From Chrysomallon squamiferum (lineage: Eukaryota; Animalia; Mollusca), in the NCBI GenBank assembly GCA_012295275.1, contig CM022679.1, positions 3,100,001 through 3,164,000 on the forward strand: a DNA stretch of 64,000 nt, written 5' to 3'. The number at the start of each line of letters is the position of its first letter. Position 1 is the stretch's first letter. The notes under the pieces were generated by a model. That model was given only the letters and a program-made list of their open reading frames with translations, ran no database searches and was not told the origin of the DNA. The translations under genes and the position numbers were made by a program. Of this stretch, positions 1-12,823 are shown piece after piece.

Positions 1-1809
1 GAAAATATTCATTACTGATGTTAATCCATGGATCGTTTGGTGCAGACGTAATTTAAATGAAATTGTAAATAACGTTTTATATGTAAATATTGACCCATGA
101 CACATTTGTGATGAATGATTTTTATTTTTTGGAAATGTCTTTGCCAGCAGATGTACAAATTGTATTTATATTTTTAACTTACATGATTTATTAGTGTCAC
201 TGAGTTGTGTCTCGAATGTTATGTTTATGTGTTTTCAGGTGGTTTTTATTTTTTTTTATTATTATTATTTTTTTTTATAGAAATATGTTGTTAAATTAAT
301 TAGAATAATTCTTAATTAACAAATAGATCAATGAATTTCTTGCAGACTGGTATATACAGGTTGATTGTAAATTGGTTAGAATTTACTTTGGTCCTGCACA
401 AATCAGATTTTTCCTCTTGTTTTACCAAGCTCTTCCTGGGTGCTTGTTTTGATCTGTAAAAGTCTGAAAATTCTGTGTATTTTATTAAATTAATCTGTTT
501 ATGAAATATTTTTTTAAATGTATCTTTTGTTCTAGCAAAAATAAATAAATAAATAAAGTTTATCAAATTAGAAAGTGTGAAACAAATGAATAACTTGTCT
601 CTTTCTGTTTTCACAGATTGGGTTTGACAGATTCACGAATTTCTTCTAGCTATAATTAATTGTTTTAATAAACTGCTGACTATTTGAAAATGTGTATTTA
701 GTTACATCAGTACTGTGTATTGCATAATCCTTCTTTGACTTCAGTATAATTTAATAACAGACAGCTAACTGTGTAATAATTAATGACAGTCGGTCTAAAC
801 ATATTTTAAAAAAGCTAATTAACTTAGCTACATTTAAAATGATGTGACCTTATTTCATGAAATGTACTTAGTGTTTTTGTTAAATATTTATTAGGTATTT
901 TAGTTATTCATATTTCACAAATTAAAATATTCGCTCTTGTGACACAAATTTAATTATTTTAAAATCAAGATGCAACAATTCACACTAAGCATATGTTAAA
1001 AATAAACCTTATCCTAATAAATGTCTATGCAAATTCAGGCTTTATTTAGTTTGGTAACAGCTTTTTGTAGAAAAACAAAAATGAACAATTAAGTAATTAT
1101 TTTAAAAAATAGCTGAGCTTTTTATTGGCAGTTGTACTAATTCACGTTGTATATCAGACACATATATTTAAACCTCCTGTCTTGTATGATAATTGTCTTT
1201 GTACATTTTAAAATACTACCTAGATATATTTAAAAGTTAATTACAATTGTAAATTTAAAAATTTTAAATGTTAGGAATGTAATTTAAAATGTTAATCAGA
1301 TATTTTACTTAGAATATTAATTACATATATAAATTTAAAATGTTAAATTTGTACATAAATTTAAAATGTTAATTTAGATATTTATGTAAAAGGTGCACAT
1401 TGGACAATATTAACTTGGTCAGTTGTGATTATAAACATTATACTGAAGTTACTGTATTTTTATTTTATTTTCACAAATTTAATTCTGTGGCCTATATAAT
1501 GTAAAATTTAGCATTTTTTTCCCTAACTGCATGTCAGTTATTTGAAATAAAACATTTATTTGATATAATAAAAATAACATTTAGAGAAGATATGTTTACA
1601 TTTAATATTGCTTTTATGACAGTTTTACATCTGTGAAATAGTTTTATAAATACAATTTAGTATCCTATGAATACATTTCACAGAAAATATACACAGTTCT
1701 GACTTTTCTTTTTGTTTTATATATTGATATTAGTTTTATTTTCATTTATTTATTTATTATTATTATTACTATTATTATTCCAGTTAATATTACCATATGA
1801 CTATTACTA

Positions 1810-1845
<36 letters not shown>

Positions 1846-2092
1846 TTTTTAGCTTTCTAATTTTTCCCCACCATTTCTCTTATAAATATTTTTTTTAAAT
1901 ATTTCTTAGTAAACTTTTAATTTGTATAACATTACTTCAGATACCATTAGGTTTTATTTTGATAAATTAAAACTGTATAAAAAGATAATTAATAGTCTTT
2001 ATCTGTCTTTCAATTTAAATAACATATCACATTTTTTTAAATGAATTTGTGGAACTGAAGTAGATTTGTCTTTAAACAGACAATCTACTTAA

Positions 2093-2259
2093 AGGAATAC
2101 TTGGGCCATGCTGTGTATAATGGGAATTATTTACTGCTCTTTATTGCTTAAAATGAACCAATATTTTAATAAATTTATTTAACACACATATGCATTTTTT
2201 TTTTAAAACCAGTGCATTCATTTTTCATTAGTCCATAAATAATGAATATATTATATGGT

Positions 2260-2295
<36 letters not shown>

Positions 2296-2444
2296 AACAA
2301 AAAGGAAATAAAAGTCAGTGTACCAGATATCATTATTTTTAAATAATAATTCTTAATTATATTTACTTTTTCAGTTAGTATATTGAAATAGATGTATGTT
2401 TTTTTTTTAATGTAGGAAGGTTTACATGTGGCCTGAATATTCCT
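2093..2444. mobile_element. Possible Kolobok-like MITE remnant
   Basis: Imperfect ~16-bp TIR (AGGAATACTTGGGCCA vs reverse-complemented AGGAATATTCAGGCCA) flanked by TTAA / TTAG. Confidence 0.4.
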
Positions 2445-3282
2445 TTAGAAGATTTAACATACATACATGTTTTACCTAACACTAATTAGTTTTGTATTTG
2501 TTTATTTTACGTTAGTGTTGTACATGTCATATGTATGTTAAAAATGTCCATTGTTATTTAGAGTCATGATCATTTAATAGTTCACTGTAAATTGTATAAA
2601 CTAATGTTTTGAAGAAAAAAAAAATTATATAAATAATAAAAAAAAAGAAATAAATAAATACAAGAATTATCAAAATTTGTTTGTTTTTTGTTGCTGATTG
2701 GAGACATCAGTATGGAATTCTGCTTCATTTGTGTGTTTTCCAATTCAGCCAGTGACATCAGAATTGTTTAAATAGACAGTTCTGTTATGTACTGTACTGT
2801 CTTTGAATGGGTACAAATGATTAAAGTTTAAAAAATAATAATAATGATAAGAATATGCTGTACAACACCTGTAAACGATTTTCGCTTGTTTCTGTTTATT
2901 TATTTATTTATTTATTATTGTTTTTCCTTCGGATCTGCTTTGTTTATAAAATAAAATAAAATAAATATAATAATAAAAAAAATCATATTACTTTTCCAAA
3001 AATAGATCGGCCTCGCTAACTTAGACTAGTTTCGGTTACAAGAATTTCTTGAACGCCGTTTATCGGAATAGAAGTAGACGCTTGTGTCAACGACAAAAAA
3101 GTTGGCTGAAAGCTAACTGGCTTACTACAACTACATTTTTATGTAACCTTTTCAATACTTCACGGAGAGTAAAACAAAAAAATTCGTTACAAAATACTGA
3201 GTGAAACCTGAACTAATAAGGCTTGGCCTAAACTGCGAAATAACAATAAGTGTAATAATAATAGTGTCTATAAATAATAATA

Positions 3283-3333
<51 letters not shown>

Positions 3334-3696
3334 TAAAAAAAAAAGTCAAAAAAGAAAAAGTTCAAGATGTAAATAAATGAATAACAGCTGAAAATAAATA
3401 AATAAAAAAACTGAACGTTTGTACGTTTTTATTAGTGTCGTATTATGAATATCTACATTAAACACATTCGCCATGGGTAAAGCGGATTTTACAAAAATAT
3501 AATATTAAATTCGTATTAAAGCTAATCGTTACAGTATAGTTAAAAGTGTATATATTAAGTGATAACAATGACAGTTAAAACAAGAATAGCGCTAGAAAGG
3601 AAAACAGAATAAGAAAAATATATAAAAACAAGTTGAAATCTTAAGCGATAGGAAAATAAAGAGAAAAAAGGTAAAAAAAGAAAAGAAAAAAGACTG

Positions 3697-3766
<70 letters not shown>

Positions 3767-4189
3767 CAAGCAATCATGATGTACATTTTATATACATTGA
3801 ATATCTAATTGTTTTTGTACAATAAGTGTATGATAGATACATATGCCACGCATCTATCTATGATTAATACATATTTTTCTGTGCGATTCCATTTATATCC
3901 ACTCTTCGCCAAGAAAGAAAGTATATAAAAGATTAAGATAAAAAAAAAAAAAAAAAAAAAGATTATTATATATGCTTAAAGGGCATAAAATCTCCTGAAG
4001 CTGTTAATTCTGTCCTTCCGTACTTCCTGAAAATATCTCAATAAAAAAAAAAATAAAAAGAATAAAGAATAAAAAAAATAAAATAAAGCCATCTCTAAAT
4101 ATTACTTGTATAATAAAAAATGTGTATGTTAAGAAGAGTAGATTTTTAAATTGTTTTTTGTATTGCCACTGAAGTTTCCTGACTCCTGT

Positions 4190-4850
4190 TCAGTTTTTCA
4201 GAACAATGCGCTTGTCTGAAGTCGCAAAGAAGAGCCTGCGGTAAAATAAAAAAAAAAAATATTTAAAAAATTTAAAAAAATGAAATAAAGGAAAAAAAAA
4301 AATGAATTAATGAGGTAACAAAATAAATACATGTATATACATTTTTAAGTCATTGAAATACATTGATAATTAACTGAAAGGTCATGATGTGTGCATAAAA
4401 ACGTCTTCCTATATATATATATGTGTGAATTACATATAAAAAACAACCACACATATAACGCCCACACATATATGCATATCTGTTTTGTATTGAGTTGTGC
4501 ATGCGCTAGTGAGTTTGTATAGCTGATTGTCTGTGTGTGTGTGTGTGTGCGCGCATATATTCGTGGCAACATCTGTTGATTCGCACCTATATAATAATCC
4601 TGCAATACAGGCCCCTAAGGCCGGCCCCACCCAGTACACATAGTGGTAGCGCCAGGCGCCTGTCTCGTACACTGTGAGAGCTATGGCTGGACCAAGACTC
4701 CGAGCTGGGTTCATAGAGGCTCCAGTTGTCGTGAATCTGTCAAATATACAAACAAATAAATTAATGTAAATGAATCACTGAATGAATTAATGAATAAATA
4801 AATAAACCTTAGAATTGTAGATTCATCTTTTCTTCCTTTAGTTTTCTAGT

Positions 4851-4884
<34 letters not shown>

Positions 4885-5466
4885 AGTACAAACACGAATT
4901 TTTTTCATCTAACCAGTTTATTATTAACCGCAGTAACTATAATTAATTATCATTATTCTATTTCTATTTTTGTTAAAAGTAACGTTAATGTTAGTAATAA
5001 TAACAGTCTTTTTGTCGTTGCAGTAACAGCAGTGGTGTTGCAGTTGTGGCAGTAGCAGTAACAAGAACTAAATAGAAATGTTCTTTTACCCAGCCAAAAC
5101 GCCACACGTGACTGCGAAGCCGATTGCCAAAGGTGCGAGAGGCGATCGAGTTCGTTCGTCCACTGCAGACATGATGACCGTGAGGACAAGCAGGGTGGTC
5201 ATGATGGTCTCAGCAAGAATCCCCTGGGCAGGACCCACTCCGACCCCCAGCGTTGTAGTTCCTGCGTCTATTACATCGACAAACATGTGCTCTGACAAAA
5301 CACCCTGTTCAGAAATACATCTACTAATGAATTCAAAAGGGAAACAAATTTATAAAGCTAATTAAGTAAAAAGAGAAAGAAATCTGTAGAACAAGGACAG
5401 AATAATGGAATTTAAATATCTATACCACTCGGTTTTAATAATAATAATAATAATAGTAGTAGAATA

Positions 5467-5501
<35 letters not shown>

Positions 5502-6064
5502 ATAATAATAATAATAATAAAGAAAAAAAGAAGAAGAAGAAGAAGATGATGATTATGATGATGATGAAGGAGAAGATGAAAAAAAACCATACGAATGTGT
5601 CTCTCTTACTTATTCCAGAAACTTTACATTTCTGAATGGGTTTATCAAAATTTGTTTAACAATTGTTAGGCATCAGAAGTATTGTTGGTGTGTTTGTATA
5701 ATGATATTAAAATAAGGTGGATATTATTATCGAACCTATAACCTATCACGACTTGCTGATCTGTTGTTCTGAAACATGTTTGGTCATGGCTTACCCTGCA
5801 GAGACCAGCTCCAACGATGGCGCCTATAAGTTGCACAATGACGTAGACAACGGCAAGACCAGGTTTGATGCCGCCAGCGATACACACTCCTAATGTGATT
5901 GCTGGATTAAAATGACCTCCACTAGTAAAACAAAATAAAGAGAAATAAGAACACACACACACACACACAACACACACACACACACACACACACACACATT
6001 TCTCTCTAAAAATAATGAATCGTCAAATGTTACTTAAGTGACAAATGTATATATCTATGGGTAT

Positions 6065-6115
<51 letters not shown>

Positions 6116-7176
6116 CAGTAATATTTTATTGAAGGAATTAGTTTTAAACTAAGTCCGCATTTCGAGTGTCTGTCTCTTTCTCTCAGTAAAAACAGCAGAA
6201 GCAGGTGTCCGTTGCTATGCCGATATGAAATGAACAGTCAATGGAGACTGGCGCACTTTAAAGGTATCGTCTCTTTAATACCAGTTTCTAACCTTATGTT
6301 ACCAAATATTGCAACCAAAAGTGCGAACAAAAATCCAAACGCAACTGCTACTGCAGTATAACTGAGTTCGTATTCGCCAGTCGTGCTGGAAACCATCGGA
6401 TTTTGACCAGCCATACATCCAATAAAAACAGCTAAAAAAGTTCCCGAGAACTCTGCCAAACACGGCTGCACTGTTGCTTCGAATCTCCGTATGGCTATTT
6501 CATCTCTCAGCTTATAGAACTGTTCTGCCATGGCGTCCATTTTGATTAAATTGTATGTTGGATGAACTGCAGTTACCAAAACACTTATAATTTTATATGT
6601 ATAAATAAATGAATGAAGGCCGTTATGTTTACTTCGTCCGTGATTACGTCACTGTATTCGCAAAATTACGTCATATGCCAAAACACAATATATATATTAA
6701 AAACCCTTTCTACAGGGTACACAGATAATACTTTATTAAATATCATAAATAACCAAAGAGACAGGTACGACAGAGCAAAAGAGATACCCAGAACCTATAT
6801 ATATATATATATAATTTTATGTAAAACGGCAACCAATTATTCAAAAGTAAATAAATAAATAAATAAACAGAAAAAAATTAGATTGATGCTTAACTAACCT
6901 CAAAGCATTCATCGAAATGATTAACAAAGCAATGGTAAACCCATGTGCCACAGCCACAGCCGATGTATTGGGCACGTGTATCTTCGAATCTGGAACTAGC
7001 GGGTCTTGAACCGACATACACCCGATAAAGACAAACAAACATGTCCCTAGAAACTCTGCTACGCATGGCTGAACAACTGAGTCAAATCTTTGCCCAGCTG
7101 TGTTGCCGAAATCTTCTGCCCCCATTCGATTGATGAGGGGTTCATCTTCTTTTCCCATATTACTTGTATTATCCAT
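4190..7176 (-). CDS. AQP8: Aquaporin-8/TIP-like MIP channel, gene A, isoform with distal first exon 1a (~271 aa)
   Basis: Phase-consistent GT-AG exons: 7176-6899 (MDNTS...[17 protein letters not shown]...AVAHGF), 5921-5795 (SGGHFNPA), 5304-5090 (GPAQGILAE...[12 protein letters not shown]), 4736-4587 ([14 protein letters not shown]...HYVYWVGP), 4235-4190 ([15 protein letters not shown]). Two canonical NPA boxes and the AEF motif; AQP8-like AHG and ILAG-type signatures. The symbol denotes the family; orthology was not tested. Confidence 0.93.
6293..6540 (-). CDS. AQP8: Alternative first coding exon 1b of aquaporin gene A (gives ~261-aa isoform 6540-4190)
   Basis: Intact paralogous TM1-TM2 exon: [45 protein letters not shown]...[20 protein letters not shown]. 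Ends AG|GTTAGA in phase 2 exactly like exon 1a, so it splices in frame to exon 2 (5921). TATAAAA lies ~50-57 nt upstream of the ATG. Confidence 0.85.
6591..6673 (-). promoter_or_regulatory. Putative promoter of aquaporin A exon 1b (TATA-like box + two TTACGTCA bZIP sites)
   Basis: TATAAAA on the minus strand at ~6597-6591; TTACGTCA at 6644-6651 and 6666-6673. Confidence 0.45.
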
Positions 7177-7379
7177 TATGCTTGTTTAATGTGCTTCAGC
7201 TGATGTTCGTTTTCTTCCTTTTCCTATTAATAAAATAAGCAATATGACAATACCTGCCTGTGATATGTGACCTTCTAAGTCATGTGATCGTTAAAAAATA
7301 ATATAATTATGCTAGTGGCGCGCAGTGCGGTTGGCAAAAACATTGTAAAAGCTACATCAGTGGGTACAAAAAGAACAAC

Positions 7380-7700
7380 ATAAGGCCGTTGGATCTGAAT
7401 TAAATAATGACGTCATTTAAATACGTCAGATTAAGCTCTAAAAGGGATCTAAAATAAAATAAATGATTAATTATAACTTAGTAATTAAAGCTGCAGTACA
7501 ATTTCTTTATATCAGAGGGGTGTTTAGTTAGCTAGAGAAATGAGTGAAACGATTTACTAGATAAGATTTCGTTAATCCGGCTGCGTTTTCATGTACGATT
7601 ACGTCAACGATTCGAAACGATTTCACGCGTTTTCCAGTTTGTCTTTTAGTAGCATGGACCAACAGGAACGATAACTCGTAACGGCACAAATTACGTCAGC
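7380..7700. promoter_or_regulatory. CpG-containing upstream region of aquaporin A exon 1a with CRE/ATF-like sites
   Basis: Perfect CRE TGACGTCA at 7408-7415; TTACGTCA at 7599-7606 and 7691-7698. Confidence 0.4.
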
Positions 7701-9690
7701 GGAAAAAATGCCCTTCAGAGTTCCGCCGATTTAATGGGTGCAAACTTCACCTGAATATTCTTTTCTGTTGGGTTCTGATACGGTGAATATTGCCAATTAG
7801 AAAAGTTAATACATTAATCTTATACCGATTTATAATTTTAGTTCACTATGCACGCATTTGCATAAAAATCGTCCAGTTTAAAAAGTTTGATTAAGTTGAA
7901 AAAGGCGCAGGATTTTATGGTTTGATAATATGAACAACCGTCCTTATCTGTATCAGCGTAAATCATAAGAAGTTCAGAAAATAGACGTAAAACAATTGAA
8001 TTTGGAAGTTTAAAAACCTCCGTGAAGCACAAACTTTTAAACACGTATTGCTTCATAACGTAATCAGTTCGACAAGGATTATTAAAAGTACTTTGTGGAA
8101 ATACGTCATTTAATCAATGCCTCGTATACACAGATGTCTATTGTGGAGTAGAAATTGCTGCAAAGATCGAAACCTTTTTTTTGGGTGGGGGTTAACTGAC
8201 GTAGAACCACCTTGTACCCGTTGCGTATTATTTTTTTCCAGATATTACTACGACGTCGCCAGCCAAAAAAAACAAAAAAAAACAACAACAAACAAACAAC
8301 AAAACAAAAACAAAAACAACAAAAAAAAAAAAAATAAATAAATAAATAAATAAAATAAAATAAAATAAAATAAATAATTTTCACAGACACAGGCGCATGA
8401 ATATGAAGATGACTATTCTCATTAGATACAATGTGAACATGTTACTCTGCTAAAACTCCATAGCGGACACTTCTGAGTACGTAGTTGTAAAACAATACTT
8501 GAAACCATTATAATTCTTTATATATATAAAATATTTATTCCCATTTTCAATGCATTAGAGGTAGTATTTACATGTAAAAAGCAAATTGATCAGGTGGTAT
8601 TTGAATGATTGTCTTGATATATTCATTATAATGCTTGATACCAGTTTTACAATGGAAAACAAAAACAAAAATTTAAAGGTCCGTCAACCGGCCGAATAAT
8701 AAATATAATTTTTCACTCTTTTTCGTTAAACCAAAAAGCATTCAACTTCTAAAACATGTACTATTATGTATGCAAACAATGAATTCCTATTTTTATTTTT
8801 AAAAACATCATTGGTCCTTGCTACTTTTAGTTTCCCCATTTTTAATTTTTTTATTTCCTAAGCAAGTATTATCACAACCCCAATATACTTCATCAACAGC
8901 TATAAAAAAAAAAAAAAATAAAAATAAAAAATAAAAAATAAAATAAAAATAAAAATACAAACATGCCCGGTAGCATACGTTAACACTGAAAGATCACTTA
9001 ATAGTTTTTCATTCATTTATTAATTTATATAAAACACACATTTATCTATACATCGAGTAAGCTGAGAATAACAGATTTATGGACCAACTTTCGATGGGCT
9101 ATTCAAACAGACAGGTGTAGTTTGTCTGTTTATAACAATAACTAATAATAATGAAAATAATAATAATAATAATACACTGATTTGGTGTAATTAAAGGTGC
9201 AAATAAAAATGTACAATGCACATGCTGAACGTGCACATGTAAAATCGAAGCAGTTACAAACTGGACAAATGCAAAGTCATGAATTGATTTACTTAGAATA
9301 AATCATTTAGTAATTTTGATTATTTTGATTATATTATTATTATTATTATTTTAAAATGATGAATCAGTACACACACACACACACACACACACAAAAAAAA
9401 AATAATAAAAAAATAAAATAAAATAAACACAAAAAAAAGGAGAAAGGACAAAAACATAAACGCCCCTTCTACCAAAAAAGCTAGTTTAACATATATTTTT
9501 TTAATGTATTAAGTACATTACATAAGTCATAATATCACAAATATAAGATTAAACTTATTTAGAGTATTTGAAACGGGGCGCTGAAAAATAAAACATTAAG
9601 ATGCTAAAATCGTGTCATTTTAAAGAAAACAGTTAAAATATTAATTGAATTAAATTTTTATAAGAAAAATATTAAAACAGACTGGAAATA

Positions 9691-9797
<107 letters not shown>

Positions 9798-10469
9798 GTC
9801 GTGTCCAATAACTATATATATTTATCCATCTCTTTCTTTCTCTCTCTCTCTGTCTATCATACGAACACAGTCACAGCCACTCATGTGACTTTTAATACAC
9901 ACCCACTTGTTAATTACAGTTACCTGTGTCTCAGTCGTGTATTAACATAACCTTTAAAACGACCATTCCTGTCAGCACTCGCTGTTCACCATGTGATGTG
10001 ATTCAACGTCATGAATATTCCATATGTTAATTCTGCATAAACAAAAATACCTCCGCACTTTGGATTCTTCTTTCAAAGTTTCGTTTTATGTTCGTTGCGA
10101 CCAGATGACCTTAAATCTAAGAAACGTATCAAATACGTAATTGAAAACAGAGAACGAACGCTACATGGACTTTCAGTATGATAACATTTATCGCTATCTG
10201 TCCCGACATGTAAATAATACGTAGTTATCTGTTCTGCTATGTAAGCATACATCTGCTGGGTTAAGCAAAACAATGACATGTGACATGTCATGTGACCCAA
10301 GTGCGAAAACAGCTGGAAGGTAATCTATAAAACAATTGTAAAAAAAAAAAACGGGTCATTTGTTTATGACATTTTTATAGTCGTTGTTATTTTGCGAGAG
10401 TATTATCGTGCATTATTTGAATTCGCTTCAGTGTTACGCACCGCAGATACGTTGTGCGGTGGGAACATT

Positions 10470-11080
10470 ATCGCAGTTATGTGAATATTCTGTACACTTC
10501 AGGCAACAGTGGTTGTGTGAATATTCTGTACACTTCAGGTAACAGTGGTTGTGTGAATACTCTGTACACTTCAGGTAACAGTGGTTGTGTGAATATTCTG
10601 TACACTTCAGGCTAACAGTGGTTGTGTGAATACTCCAGGCAAATAGCGTTTGTGGGAATATTCTGTCCTCGGACATTACACATTTTGTATGAATATTTGG
10701 TACATTTCAGACATTACAGCCTTTGGAGTGCATATTCTGTATATCTTAAACATTACAGTAACTGTGAATATTCTGTTTACTTCAGACATTACAGTATTTG
10801 TGTGAATATTCTGTACATTTCAGACATTACAGTATTTGTGTGAATATTCTATACATTTCAGACATTACAGTATTTGTGTGAATATTCTGTACAGTTGAGA
10901 CATTACAGTATTTGTGTGAATATTCTGTTTACTTCAGACATTACAGTCTTTATGTGAATATTCTGTACATTTCAGACATTACAATAACTGTGTGAATATT
11001 CTGTACACGTCAGACATTACAGTATTTTTGTGAAAATCTTATACATTTCAGACATTACAGTTTTGTGTGAATATATTAAA
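10470..11080. repeat. Minisatellite, 36-38 bp unit (GTGTGAATATTCTGTACAYTTCAG...ACAGT), roughly 16 copies
   Basis: Directly visible tandem units in two sub-variants (..CAGGTAACAGTGGTT.. then ..CAGACATTACAGTATTT..); ends ~85 bp before the gene B ATG. Confidence 0.9.
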
Positions 11081-11164
11081 GTATTTATGGATTAGTTCAT
11101 TTCATTGGGAGTACAGCTCTATTTAGAAAAACAGCTGTTATTTAAATTATATATTCACACAAAA

Positions 11165-12785
11165 ATGATTGAGAAATTCAAAGAATTATCCCTTAACGGA
11201 GAAGAATTGACTTTGAAAAATATATTTGAAGACTTCGTTCGACCATGCATGGCTGAATTTGTGGGCACGTGTTTGTTTGTTTTCATTGGCTGTATGGCCA
11301 TTCCACATTCTATGGCGGGGAATTTACACCCTGCCTTGGCGGCCACGCCTATAGCTTTGTCTCATGGGCTCTTAATAGCTTCTCTAGTAATTTCATTTGG
11401 AAAGGTGAGGTAAGTTTTAATTAATTCAGATCAGTCTGACCAAAGAACGTCTGTTTCTGTCTAAATGACTGTAAGGATAATATAATTTTAATTTACCATG
11501 ATTAAGCAAAATTAATAATTCTTTTCTATCTTAAACAATAACTGTTAAAAAACAAAAACAAACAAGCAAAAAAAAAAAAAAAAAAAAACCCAACTAAACA
11601 AACAACAACAAAATAAAAATAAAAATAAAAATAAAAATAAAAATAAAATAAAATAAAATAAAGGTAAAAAAAAAAGAAGAAAGGTAATGAATTAGAAATA
11701 TATATACATTTAACATATAGAAAAAAATTAAATAAATACATAAACAAACAAACAACTGCAACAATTAAAAAAAATATATATATATTACCCCCCCAAAAAA
11801 TCCTTAAAAAATCCAACGAAAACAATAGGATTGCACAAAAAAAGATTGGGGAAACGTTTGGAATACGAAATAGTCGTCATCATGGTAAATCTTTCTAACG
11901 TAAGCTTATATTTTGATACTAATTTTAAATAACATTGGAGAATGGAGAAAATAAGATAAACTTTCACTCTAAAATACTGACACTGACAAATTACGGACTA
12001 TGACGGAAATACAGTCATTTGCGTCACTGCTTTTTCATATGCTTAATCTCTCAGTAAATCTACATATATCGTGTATTAATTTTTTTTTCTTTTCACTTTG
12101 TGCGTATATGTATGAGAGTGCGTGTGTGTTTGTTGAACATTTCTGTTCATTTGTTTTCATTATCAATAATTTTGTTATTGTAATCATTATTTGATGTTGC
12201 TAACATTAAACATTTTTTATTATTCCTCGTTAGTTTCTTAAATATAGTAACGTACTTAACACAGCGTTTAAATATACCATCATTTTCAGAGGGAGAGAGA
12301 GAAATAGAATTTATTTAATGCTACAATCAAATATTAATCTTATATGCGAGTGTATGTATGTATGTGTATGTGTATGCATGTATTTATGTGCATATGTATG
12401 TATGTGTGTGTGTAGAGTAAGTGAACTAAAGACATAAACATATATATATCTTTAATGCTACTACGTCCACAAACATACATACAAACTAGGATTAATGCAT
12501 AATTATTTGCCTGCAGTGGCGGTCACTTCAATCCTGCCATTACGCTGGGGGTTGCTTTGTCTGGTCACATTACAACGCCCCTAGCGTCGTTCTACGTCAT
12601 CATGCAGCTGACCGGGGCACTGCTGGGAGCTGTGCTGTGCAAGGTACAATTAGTTTTATATTTTTAATATTTGTTTTATTTATGTGTTTATAACGTGAAC
12701 CCCTCAAAAAAAAAAAAAACCCAGTAAAATTTACTACACACACATTCACTAATCATTCAAGTGCACATACATAAGTATGTATGTT

Positions 12786-12823
<38 letters not shown>

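Noticed and set aside
312-614. 100-aa minus-strand ORF in the first kilobase
   Set aside because: AT-rich, non-ATG start and no homology cues; the region looks like the 3'UTR or intron of a gene outside the window.
3966-4026. In-phase acceptor giving an alternative gene A tail RKYGRTELTASGDFMPFKHI*
   Set aside because: No similarity to the other aquaporin tails and short enough to arise by chance; not supportable without transcripts.
5078-5365. Plus-strand 95-aa ORF, and similar antisense ORFs at 11155, 13040, 21159, 23235, 23876, 25767 and 33004
   Set aside because: Antisense shadows of real exons on the opposite strand.
6238-7176. Reading exons 1a and 1b as consecutive exons, or as two separate complete genes
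   Set aside because: Only one set of exons 2-5 exists downstream; tandem inclusion would duplicate TM1-2, and the nearest acceptor before 1b is out of phase.
10470-11080. CRISPR-like appearance of 36-38 bp periodic repeats (also 25955-26440 and 56889-57148)
   Set aside because: Units are head-to-tail with no unique spacers, there are no cas genes, and the context is intron-containing eukaryotic DNA.
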